Positions 39,534 to 47,128 of a stretch of DNA of 64,000 nucleotides are shown here, piece by piece. The translations under genes were made by a program, and so were the position numbers. Source of the stretch: an uncultured Candidatus Saccharibacteria bacterium (GTDB lineage Bacteria > Patescibacteriota > Minisyncoccia > Portnoybacterales > UBA2143); NCBI GenBank assembly GCA_964594155.1, contig CAZQLH010000001.1, positions 74,132 through 138,131 on the forward strand. Direction: 5' to 3'. Every line of letters begins with the position of its first letter. Within the stretch, counting starts at the first letter, position 1. The notes beneath the pieces were generated by a model. It saw only the letters and a program-made list of their open reading frames with translations. It made no database searches and had not been told where the DNA came from.

Positions 39534-40010
39534 TTATTTAAGCTCAACAGATGCTCCTGCTTGTTCCAATTTCTTTTTCATTTCTTCTGCTTCTTCTTTT
39601 TTAATTCCTTGTTTAATTACCTTAGGCGCGCCATCAACTAAGTCCTTGGCTTCTTTAAGGCCTAAATCAGTAATTTCTTTAACTGCTTTAATAACCGCTA
39701 TTTTTTGCTCGCCAGCTGTTTTAAGCTCTACGTCAAAAGCGCTTTTTTCAGCAGCTTTTTCTCCTCCTTCATCTGAGGCTCCAGCTGCTGCTGGAGCAGT
39801 CCCGCTGTACTGCGGAACGCTAACGCCAAACTTCTCTTCTAAAACTTTAACTAATTCTGCTAAATCTAAAACGCTTAGTTCTTCAATTTGTTTAACTAAG
39901 TCCTTAAATTTAGCTGGAACTTTAACTTTTTCTTTTTTTTCTTTTTCTTTCCCGACGTCTTTTGAGTCGGGATCCCGATCTTGCGTCGGGGCTTTTTTTT
40001 CTTCCGCCAT
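39534..40010 (-). CDS. rplL: 50S ribosomal protein bL12 with N-terminal extension
   Basis: [27 protein letters not shown] and [10 protein letters not shown] motifs. Confidence 0.97.
   Translation of the reverse strand: MAEEKKAPTQDRDPDSKDVGKEKEKKEKVKVPAKFKDLVKQIEELSVLDLAELVKVLEEKFGVSVPQYSGTAPAAAGASDEGGEKAAEKSAFDVELKTAGEQKIAVIKAVKEITDLGLKEAKDLVDGAPKVIKQGIKKEEAEEMKKKLEQAGASVELK
39951..39992. repeat. GC-rich double-hairpin element read in frame within rplL
   Basis: CCCGAC..GTCGGG-AT-CCCGA..TCGGG; exactly 14 codons ([14 protein letters not shown]). Confidence 0.8.
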
Positions 40011-40072
40011 AAAATTTTTCTTTATAACTTATTACTTGTAGCTTATATTATTTTAACTTAAATTACAAGTTA

Positions 40073-40597
40073 TTAGTTATAAGATTTTAATATAAAAATT
40101 AGTTTTCTTAAATTGCCTTGCAAGGCATTATTCAAATTATACATCGGCGCTGAAACGCTATTAATTAATTTAGCTAATAATTCTTTCTTAGTTGGCAGCT
40201 TAGCTAAGCTTATCACTGATTCGTTTTCTAAATATTCTTGCTGAATCAAACCAGTCATAATTTTTAAATCTTCATTTTTTTTGGAAAAATCATATAAAAT
40301 CTTAGCTGGTAACACTTCATCATCGTATCCAAAAACTAAAGCTATTTGGCCTGGCAAATCCCTAATCTTAAGATTCTTAAAAGCAGCTTCTTTTGAAGCA
40401 GCTTTTTCTAAAGCTAAATCAATTAAGCTTTTTTTAACTACTACGCAATCAATATTTTCTTCTCTTAATTTCTCGCGCAATTCCTGAAATTGATTAACTT
40501 TTAATCCAGTGTAATCAAAGAAAATAACTGACTTCTGGCGAGACAGCTTATCAATTAAATCATTAACTATTTCTTTTTTCTTTTCTTTGGTGATCAT
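40073..40597 (-). CDS. rplJ: 50S ribosomal protein uL10
   Basis: DYTGL.V.....LR..L, V.KK.L...AL and LAKLP.K.EL motifs; precedes rplL. Confidence 0.95.
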   Translation of the reverse strand: MITKEKKKEIVNDLIDKLSRQKSVIFFDYTGLKVNQFQELREKLREENIDCVVVKKSLIDLALEKAASKEAAFKNLKIRDLPGQIALVFGYDDEVLPAKILYDFSKKNEDLKIMTGLIQQEYLENESVISLAKLPTKKELLAKLINSVSAPMYNLNNALQGNLRKLIFILKSYN

Positions 40598-40616
40598 GGT
40601 TCGATAAACTCACCAT
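40596..40616 (-). repeat. ATGG-TGAG-N5-CGAA-CCAT mini-hairpin overlapping the rplJ start codon
   Basis: Minus strand ATGGTGAGTTTATCGAACCATG. Confidence 0.55.
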
Positions 40617-40621
40617 AAATT

Positions 40622-40702
40622 AAAAAATCTATGGATTAACCATAGACAAAAAATACTCTGCCTTAATAGGATTTATCTGTATCAACACCTATTGTCTACG
40701 GC
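40622..40702 (-). ncRNA. L10 leader (autoregulatory cis-RNA) followed by an attenuator hairpin
   Basis: GCCGTAGAC-AATAGG...TAAAT-CCTATT-AAGGC matches the L10-leader pattern; then GTCTATGG-TTAAT-CCATAGAT-TTTTT upstream of rplJ. Confidence 0.75.
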
Positions 40703-40746
40703 TATGTATACTTACATCTTATTTTATCTTAAAAAGATTGTCAACC

Positions 40747-41718
40747 TTAATTCAAATACTTAGCCTTATTTTCCTTATGCTCTTCAAAAGTTTTGCTGAA
40801 AACTGTTTCTCCGTCAGGTTTTGATAAAAAGAAATTGTAATCGCTTTTTTTAGGGTAAATAGCCGCCTTAATTGCTTCCAACCCAGGATTAGAAATCGGA
40901 CCAGGCGGCAAGCCAATATTCTTATATGTATTATACGGCGAATCAATTTCAGTATCTTCAGTAGAATAAATCCATTTATCTATCTCTAAAATATAGGCAA
41001 TAGTAGCGCAGGACTGTAAAGGATAATCAATGGCTATTCTTTTCCAAAAAATACCAGCTGCTATTTGACGATCTTCATAAAGCGGAACTTCTTTTTCCAA
41101 TAAACTGGCCATGATAATTATTTGTTCAATTGTTTTTCCTTGCTTGGCTATTTCCTGTTTTAATTCTTGGTCCAGTTTTGTATTAAAATTTTCTTTCATA
41201 ATCTCAATAATTTCCTCTAAACTTATATTCTTGCTGAATTCATAAGTATCAGGAAATAAATAACCTTCTAATTCTGATTGCTGGGCTAATTCGCCTAATT
41301 CAATCAGCCCTGCTTTGGCTAATCTGGCGTCAATCTGTTTTAAGGTAAAACCCTCTGGAATAGTTATTAATACTTCTGAAGAAATAATTTCTCCTTTGAC
41401 TATTTTCCGAGATATTTGAAAAACACTCCAAGCAGGATTTAAAGAATACTCGCCAGCTTGCAATTGAGCTGCCCAGCCCTTATAGAAAATATAGGCCATG
41501 AACCAAGTCTTGTTTTTAATTAATTCTGCTTCTTCTAAATTAGCAGTAATTTCTTTTAATCCTTGGCCTTGTTTAATAATAAATATTTGTTCAGTTCCTT
41601 TAACAGCTAAAGGAGTTGTAATTTGATAATATATAAAAAAACCAATACTCAAACAAAAAATAACTAAAATAATAATTAGGCAAAATAAAATAAATCTTTT
41701 TTTATTAACTATTTTCAT
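40747..41718 (-). CDS. mltG: Endolytic transglycosylase MltG
   Basis: TIPEG, LEGYLFPDTY, ASLLEKE and SPYNTY...GLPPGPI.NPG motifs. Confidence 0.95.
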   Translation of the reverse strand: MKIVNKKRFILFCLIIILVIFCLSIGFFIYYQITTPLAVKGTEQIFIIKQGQGLKEITANLEEAELIKNKTWFMAYIFYKGWAAQLQAGEYSLNPAWSVFQISRKIVKGEIISSEVLITIPEGFTLKQIDARLAKAGLIELGELAQQSELEGYLFPDTYEFSKNISLEEIIEIMKENFNTKLDQELKQEIAKQGKTIEQIIIMASLLEKEVPLYEDRQIAAGIFWKRIAIDYPLQSCATIAYILEIDKWIYSTEDTEIDSPYNTYKNIGLPPGPISNPGLEAIKAAIYPKKSDYNFFLSKPDGETVFSKTFEEHKENKAKYLN

Positions 41719-42347
41719 AGTTTATCGCTAATTAACGGCACAAAAACAAATCCTGGATACTCTTTTTCTTCAAATTGATTTTCTTTCTTCTTTATTAACA
41801 GCCAAATACTGTTTTCAACTGGCGTTACTAACCGTCCATTAACCTTTAATTGTTTTTTCCAAGCTTGTGGTATTTCTCTGGCTGAAGCTGCTGCGATAAT
41901 TTTATCAAAAGGAGCTTGTTCTTCTAATCCTTTTGAGCCGTCTCCGCAAATAAATTCAACATTCTTAAAATTATACTTAGAAACATTATCCTGGCCAAAA
42001 TCCCTTAATTCTGGAATTATTTCGATAGCGTGAACAAATCCTTGGGGACCAACTATTTGACACAACATTGCTGTTTGCCAGCCAGAACCAGAACCAATAT
42101 CTAAAATTTTATCTCCTTGTTTTGGCTGAAGCAGTTCCAGTATAAAAGCCACTGTTAATGGCTGTGAAATGGTCTGGCCATAACCAATAGACAAAGGAGC
42201 GTTAAATTCATTAACAAATTCTTTTCCTTTTTCCCTTGTTATCTCCTTAGGAACAAAATCAGCCCGTTTGATTTTCTTAAAGGCATTAATAATCAACGGG
42301 CTTTTTAAATACTTCTGTTCAATTAATTCATCAATTAGTTTATTCAT
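41715..42347 (-). CDS. pcm: Protein-L-isoaspartate O-methyltransferase
   Basis: IGYGQTISQP, LDIGSGSGW, GDGS.G...APFD and FVFVPL motifs. Confidence 0.95.
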   Translation of the reverse strand: MNKLIDELIEQKYLKSPLIINAFKKIKRADFVPKEITREKGKEFVNEFNAPLSIGYGQTISQPLTVAFILELLQPKQGDKILDIGSGSGWQTAMLCQIVGPQGFVHAIEIIPELRDFGQDNVSKYNFKNVEFICGDGSKGLEEQAPFDKIIAAASAREIPQAWKKQLKVNGRLVTPVENSIWLLIKKKENQFEEKEYPGFVFVPLISDKL

Positions 42348-42352
42348 TTTAA

Positions 42353-43072
42353 TTACTTTCCTTTTCTTCTTTCTCTTTTTTGGTATTCCTTAATTGCTTT
42401 AATAAACTCACTACGTCCAAAATCAGGATACATTGTATTAGTGAAATACAATTGACTGTTAGCTGTATGCCACATCATAAAGCCAACGCTGTTATGAGGA
42501 TCGCTCTTACTGCCAGTCCTGATTACTAAATCAACTGGCGGCAAATCATGAGTCCAAAGATGATTTTCTAATACTTTTTTAGTTATTCTTAAATTCTTAT
42601 TCTTTCTCGCCTCTTTAACAATGCTTCTAACAGCCGCAATCATTTCATCAGTTCCATTATATCCAATAAAAAAATTAAGCTTGCGATGATTATGATTCTT
42701 AGTTTTTTCAATTATTTCTTTTGCTGTTTTAATTCCTGTTTTAGGCAAAAGCTCTTGCCAGCGGCCAATCACATTGACTTTAATTTGATTATCATAAATT
42801 TTTTTGTTATTAATCAATTTGCGAATATATTGTTCATATATTTTAAAAAGCGCTTTGATTTCTATTAGAGAACGCTTGGTTAGATTATTCCAGGAACCGC
42901 CCCACAAGGAAAGACACTCAATATTTAAATCAAGCGCTGTTTGGAGTATTTCTTTTGTTTTTTCTGCCCCGGCTATATGTCCTTGCCAAGGTAATAAATT
43001 TCTTTTTTTTGCCCAGCGCCGATTAGCGTCTGGAATAATAGCTATATGCTTCGGGAAATTTTCTTTATTCAT
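42353..43072 (-). CDS. uppS: Undecaprenyl diphosphate synthase (cis-prenyltransferase)
   Basis: PKHIAIIPD.NRRWA, GH..G, VDLVIRTG and PDF motifs. Confidence 0.92.
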   Translation of the reverse strand: MNKENFPKHIAIIPDANRRWAKKRNLLPWQGHIAGAEKTKEILQTALDLNIECLSLWGGSWNNLTKRSLIEIKALFKIYEQYIRKLINNKKIYDNQIKVNVIGRWQELLPKTGIKTAKEIIEKTKNHNHRKLNFFIGYNGTDEMIAAVRSIVKEARKNKNLRITKKVLENHLWTHDLPPVDLVIRTGSKSDPHNSVGFMMWHTANSQLYFTNTMYPDFGRSEFIKAIKEYQKRERRKGK

Positions 43073-43134
43073 TATTTTAATAATTAATTTTATATAATCT
43101 TATCACAAACAATTACGACAAGCAACCTTGTCTC

Positions 43135-43163
43135 TTGACTTCTTGATCGCAACAATTTATAAT
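43135..43163 (+). promoter_or_regulatory. Sigma70 promoter of the RRM gene
   Basis: TTGACT(43135-43140)-N17-TATAAT(43158-43163). Confidence 0.75.
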
Positions 43164-43175
43164 CTAAATAATAAA

Positions 43176-43269
43176 CGTAAGTAAGTTTTCTCTTTCCTTA
43201 TGCAAACTTTATCCTGATGAATATCGGGAAGCGTAGGTCAAGCAGAAACTCTAAAAAAGTCGGCTTACG
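43176..43269 (+). ncRNA. Structured 5' leader RNA of the RRM gene
   Basis: Four nested helices with G-U pairs: CGTAAGT/GCTTACG, AGTTTTCT/AGAAACT, CCTTATGC/GCGTAGG, TCCTGAT/ATCGGGA. Confidence 0.65.
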
Positions 43270-43292
43270 CTAAAAATTATATAAGGAAAAAT

Positions 43293-43586
43293 ATGGCTAA
43301 AAAACTATATGTTGGCGGTTTGTCTTATGACACATCTGAAGATTCTTTAAAAGAAGCTTTTGCTAAAGCTGGAACAGTTGAATCAGCAATTATCATTACT
43401 GATAAAATGTCTGGTCGTTCAAAAGGATTTGGCTTTGTTGAAATGTCTTCTGAAGAAGAAGCTCAAAAAGCTATAGAAATGTGGAATGGGAAAGAGCTTG
43501 ACGGCAGAAATCTTACTGTTAACGAAGCTCGTCCTATGGAAGAGCGCCCGCGAAGAGATTTTAATCGCGGCGGAGACAGAAGCTAA
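43293..43586 (+). CDS. RRM RNA-binding protein
   Basis: RNP2 LYVGGL, RNP1 KGFGFVEM, and VNEARP. Confidence 0.96.
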   Translation: MAKKLYVGGLSYDTSEDSLKEAFAKAGTVESAIIITDKMSGRSKGFGFVEMSSEEEAQKAIEMWNGKELDGRNLTVNEARPMEERPRRDFNRGGDRS

Positions 43587-43603
43587 CCGCATAAACACAG
43601 AAA

Positions 43604-43637
43604 TAAAAACACTCTGCAGTACTGCAGAGTGTTTTTA
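43604..43637. terminator. Bidirectional terminator (34-bp perfect palindrome)
   Basis: TAAAAACACTCTGCAGT-ACTGCAGAGTGTTTTTA between the convergent RRM gene and tRNA operon. Confidence 0.85.
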
Positions 43638-43652
43638 GTTGTTTAATTTAAT

Positions 43653-43727
43653 TGGCAGGCGCGGAGGGACTCGAACCCCCAGGATCGGCTTTGGAGGCCG
43701 ACCGTTTACCAATTAACGGACGCGCCC
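43653..43727 (-). tRNA. tRNA-Trp(CCA)
   Basis: Anticodon arm TCGGC-CTCCAAA-GCCGA; GGTTCGAGTCC; CCA encoded. Confidence 0.96.
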
Positions 43728-43734
43728 ATATATT

Positions 43735-43893
43735 TTACTTTTTCATCTCCTTATGTAATGTATGCTTTCTACACCACTTGCAAAACTTCTTCAGTTCTAA
43801 TTTATCCTGAATTGTTTTCTTGTTTTTGCGAGAATAATAATTTATTCTTTTGCACTCGCTGCATTGAAATTTAATTAAATTATCTTGTGACAT
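43735..43893 (-). CDS. rpmG: 50S ribosomal protein bL33 (zinc-binding type)
   Basis: Manual translation MSQDNLIKFQCSECKRINYYSRKNKK...LELKKFCKWCRKHTLHKE (52 aa, not in the ORF track). Confidence 0.96.
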   Translation of the reverse strand: MSQDNLIKFQCSECKRINYYSRKNKKTIQDKLELKKFCKWCRKHTLHKEMKK

Positions 43894-43903
43894 AGTTTTT
43901 CAG

Positions 43904-43976
43904 AGCCGATGCTCGGATTCGAACCGAGGACCTACTCCTTACCATGGAGGCGCTCTACCAACTGAGCTACATCGGC
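43904..43976 (-). tRNA. tRNA-Thr(GGT)
   Basis: GCCGATGTAGCTCAGTTGGTAGAGC, CTCC-ATGGTAA-GGAG, GGTTCGAATCC. Confidence 0.95.
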
Positions 43977-43989
43977 TTTTTTTATTATG

Positions 43990-44071
43990 TGGGCGGTGCA
44001 GGACTCGAACCTGCGAAGTCCGAAGACGCGAGATTTACAGTCTCGAGCAATTGCCGCTATGCGAACCGCCC
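43990..44071 (-). tRNA. tRNA-Tyr(GTA)
   Basis: CGAGA-CTGTAAA-TCTCG anticodon arm, long variable arm, GGTTCGAGTCC. Confidence 0.95.
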
Positions 44072-44072
44072 A

Positions 44073-44147
44073 TGGAGCCAGCGAAGGGAATCGAACCCCC
44101 AACCTACTGTTTACAAAACAGTTGCTCTGCCATTGAGCTACGCTGGC
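44073..44147 (-). tRNA. tRNA-Thr(TGT)
   Basis: ACTGT-TTTGTAA-ACAGT anticodon arm; GGTTCGATTCC; CCA encoded. Confidence 0.96.
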
Positions 44148-44150
44148 AAT

Positions 44151-44822
44151 CTATTTATTAATATCCATTTTTTTAAGTTCTTGTAAAATCTCTTTAACTT
44201 TTTTATCCTTGGAGCCGAGCTTAACAGCCATTTCTAATGATGCCTTGGCATCATGATAATTATGCTGTTTCCAGTATAGAATTCCTAAAAATTTATAAGC
44301 AGTAATATTATCAGGGTTTTCAATAATTAAATCAATCCATCTTTGTTCTTCCTTGATTGGTTTTTTAAGCTCTTCAATAGGAAGATCATCTTCGTCCAAT
44401 TCTGGCAAATGATCTGCTGTTTCTTCTTTGTTGATTTTAATAGAAACTTCTTCTTCTGCCTTAACAGAAGCATCTTTTTTGACTTCTCGGCGCTTAGCTT
44501 CTTTTTGCCTAATCCATTCCTTTGATTTCTGGGTCATTATTTGAGATCTGTTTCTTAACCAGCTAATCCATTTGGTAAGCAAGTTCTCTATCTTCAAAAA
44601 TATTATCTTTATCTTTCTTAGAAATTTCTCTAAGAAGATTATAAGGTTGAGCCAGTGCTGCTTGTAATTTACTTCTTTAATTCTATGAATAACTCCTTTT
44701 TTTCTGCTTAGAATAGTTATTTCTTCTTCAGATAAATTAGCTAAAGCAGGAATCTTTTGATAAACAATGATTCCCAGCCAAATAAAGCTGAAAAAGATAA
44801 ATAAGTAAAGAATGATACTCAT
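44151..44822 (-). CDS. Membrane-anchored protein with C-terminal TPR repeat
   Basis: N-terminal TM; NPDN..AYK.LG.LY.....Y.DA...LE.A.KL TPR pattern. Confidence 0.75.
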   Translation of the reverse strand: MSIILYLFIFFSFIWLGIIVYQKIPALANLSEEEITILSRKKGVIHRIKEVNYKQHWLNLIIFLEKFLRKIKIIFLKIENLLTKWISWLRNRSQIMTQKSKEWIRQKEAKRREVKKDASVKAEEEVSIKINKEETADHLPELDEDDLPIEELKKPIKEEQRWIDLIIENPDNITAYKFLGILYWKQHNYHDAKASLEMAVKLGSKDKKVKEILQELKKMDINK

Positions 44823-45268
44823 ATTTCTAATCTTACAAACTTGCCTATTTTAATATTCTCCCCTAATTTTCCAACCGCTTCAGCAATTAAGTCCTGAATG
44901 GTCTTTTGTTCATCTTTAATAAATGGCTGTGATAAAAGCTCTTTTGTGTCATTAGGATTCATAGCGGTAATATGCATTGCTATATCGCGAGTCAATTGCT
45001 TAAATTCCTCGTTCCGAGCCACAAAATCTGTCTCACAGTTTAATTCTAAAATAACGCCTATTTTATTATTACTATGAATATAGGCATCAATTAAACCTTG
45101 TTTAACTTCTCTGTCTGATTTCTTAATTGCTTTTTCCGCTCCTTTTTTCTCTAAGATTTTTAAAGCTTCTTTTTCATTGCCTTTGGTCTTTTCCAAGGCT
45201 TTTTTACATTCCATGATTGAAAGGTTTGTTTTTTTACGAAGCTGTTTAACTTGATCAATTGAAATCAT
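44819..45268 (-). CDS. tsf: Elongation factor Ts (short form)
   Basis: VKQLR..T....MECKKAL, ELNCETDFVAR and GENIKI..FVR motifs; follows rpsB. Confidence 0.95.
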   Translation of the reverse strand: MISIDQVKQLRKKTNLSIMECKKALEKTKGNEKEALKILEKKGAEKAIKKSDREVKQGLIDAYIHSNNKIGVILELNCETDFVARNEEFKQLTRDIAMHITAMNPNDTKELLSQPFIKDEQKTIQDLIAEAVGKLGENIKIGKFVRLEI

Positions 45269-45269
45269 A

Positions 45270-46022
45270 TTACTTTAATACTTTAGCTACTGCGCCTAAA
45301 ATCATTCTTAAAGACGAAATAGCGTCATCATTAGATGGAATTGGATAATCAATAATGCTTGGATCTGCATTAGTGTCGCATAAGCCAACTATAGGAATAT
45401 TTTTCATATTAGCTTCTTTAACAGCTAGTTTTTCTTTGTAGGTATCCACCACAAACAAAACATCAGGCAATTTAATTATTTCCTTAATGCCGCTAAACTG
45501 CCGGCTTAATTTCTGTAATTCAATACCAAATTCATGTTGTTCTTTTTTGGTATATTTTTTTAATTCGCCTGTATTCTTTTTTTTCTCTAAATCCCTGAAA
45601 TGCTCTAAGCGTTTGGAAATAACGCCAAAATTAGTTAAAGTTCCGCCTATCCATTTCTCTGTAACATAAGGCATTTTAACTTCTTGAGCAGTTTTCTGAG
45701 TAATCTCTTTAACAGCTATTTTTGTGCCAACAAAAAGAATAATTTCTTTTTTTAATTTAATCTTTTGAAGAAATTCCAATGCTTGTTTTAATTTTTCCTG
45801 TGTTTTTTTCAAATCAATAACATGAACATTGTTTCGAACAGTAAAAATATATTGATCCATTTTTGGGTTTTTTCGGGACGTCCGATGCCCAAAATGCACT
45901 CCAGCTTTTAGCATTTCTTCCAAATCAGGAATCTCCTTGTCTATTTTAACAGATTTTTTAACAACAGCTGCAGCTGTTTTTGTTTTTTTGATTGTTTTTT
46001 TTGTTTTTTTCTCTTTAATCAT
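45270..46022 (-). CDS. rpsB: 30S ribosomal protein uS2
   Basis: AGVHFGH, FVGTK, WIGGTLTNF and DTNADP....PIPSNDD motifs. Confidence 0.98.
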   Translation of the reverse strand: MIKEKKTKKTIKKTKTAAAVVKKSVKIDKEIPDLEEMLKAGVHFGHRTSRKNPKMDQYIFTVRNNVHVIDLKKTQEKLKQALEFLQKIKLKKEIILFVGTKIAVKEITQKTAQEVKMPYVTEKWIGGTLTNFGVISKRLEHFRDLEKKKNTGELKKYTKKEQHEFGIELQKLSRQFSGIKEIIKLPDVLFVVDTYKEKLAVKEANMKNIPIVGLCDTNADPSIIDYPIPSNDDAISSLRMILGAVAKVLK

Positions 46023-46117
46023 AAACTACTAAAAAACGCGTCTTAAAACGACACTATTAATTTATCTATTTACTTACATACAAAAATTATATCATATTAG
46101 AAAATAAAAGCAATATC

Positions 46118-46146
46118 TTGATAATTTCTTAATAATCTATTATACT
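46118..46146 (+). promoter_or_regulatory. Promoter predicting a leaderless rpmE mRNA
   Basis: TTGATA-N17-TATACT ending 7 nt before ATG 46154. Confidence 0.6.
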
Positions 46147-46153
46147 GAAACTA

Positions 46154-46393
46154 ATGAAAAAAGATATACATCCAAAATATTATCCTAAAGCTAAAATCAA
46201 GTGCGCTTGCGGCGCTGTTTTTGAAATTGGCTCAACCCAACCTGAAATAGATGTAGAAATTTGTTCTCAATGCCATCCTTTTTACACAGGCAAGGAAAGA
46301 ATTATTGAAACTGGCCAAGTAGAAAGGTTTAGACAGCGATTAGCTAAAAAACCCGCCTTTGCTAAAGCTTCGGCGAGGCGAAGAAAGAAATGA
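46154..46393 (+). CDS. rpmE: 50S ribosomal protein bL31
   Basis: [13 protein letters not shown] and [10 protein letters not shown] motifs. Confidence 0.97.
   Translation: MKKDIHPKYYPKAKIKCACGAVFEIGSTQPEIDVEICSQCHPFYTGKERIIETGQVERFRQRLAKKPAFAKASARRRKK
46352..46380. repeat. GC-rich hairpin element read in frame at the rpmE 3' end
   Basis: CCCGCCTTTGCTAAAGCTTCGGCGAGGCG encoding PAFAKASAR. Confidence 0.65.
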
Positions 46394-47127
46394 ATAAAGC
46401 TATTATTATGGAAATCAGAGCTGGCGCAGGCGGAGAAGAAGCAGCTCTTTTTGCAGCTGATCTTTTTCAAATGTATTCCCGTTTTGCTGAAAAACAAAAT
46501 TGGCCTACCTTTCTTATTGGAAATAATCCTACTGGCTTAGGCGGTTACCGGGAAATCATTTTTGAAATTAAAGGAAAAGAAGCTTATATTAAACTCAGAC
46601 AAGAAGCTGGCGTTCATCGGGTCCAGCGCATTCCAACTACTGAAAAATCTGGCCGGGTTCATACTTCTACTGTTTCTGTGGCTGTATTGCCGATAGCTAA
46701 TGAAACAGAGATTAAAATTAATCCCCAGGATTTAAGAATTGATGTTTTAAGGGCTTCTGGACCAGGCGGCCAGCATGTTAATAAGATTGAATCAGCTGTT
46801 AGAATCACTCACTTGCCTACTGGCTTGGTAGTCAATTGCCAAAAAGGAAGATCTCAACAACACAATAAGGAAAAAGCTATGCAGGTTTTAAGAGCTCGTC
46901 TTTTATCTAAAAAACAAAAAGAAGAATTAGGACAAAGAAGCGCTAACCGCCGCGAGCAAATTGGCACTGCTGACCGTTCTGAAAAAATCCGCACCTATAA
47001 CTTTCCTCAAAACAGGATTACTGACCATAGAATTAAAAAATCCTGGCATAATTTAGATAAAATAATTGATGGCGATTTAAAACCAATCATTAAAGTTTTT
47101 GAAAAAATTAAAAAAAAGGAGGAATAA
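46390..47127 (+). CDS. prfA: Peptide chain release factor 1, lacking N-terminal domain 1
   Basis: [22 protein letters not shown] (PxT), GGQ and [10 protein letters not shown] motifs; 245 aa. Confidence 0.9.
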   Translation: MNKAIIMEIRAGAGGEEAALFAADLFQMYSRFAEKQNWPTFLIGNNPTGLGGYREIIFEIKGKEAYIKLRQEAGVHRVQRIPTTEKSGRVHTSTVSVAVLPIANETEIKINPQDLRIDVLRASGPGGQHVNKIESAVRITHLPTGLVVNCQKGRSQQHNKEKAMQVLRARLLSKKQKEELGQRSANRREQIGTADRSEKIRTYNFPQNRITDHRIKKSWHNLDKIIDGDLKPIIKVFEKIKKKEE

Positions 47128-47128
47128 A

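Noticed and set aside
40380-40405. AAAGCAGCTTC-TTTT-GAAGCAGCTTT hairpin/duplication in rplJ
   Set aside because: Explained by a short tandem duplication of common Lys/Glu-Ala-Ala codons; too weak to call an element.
43944-44186. 80-aa plus-strand ORF
   Set aside because: Antisense shadow of three tRNA genes.
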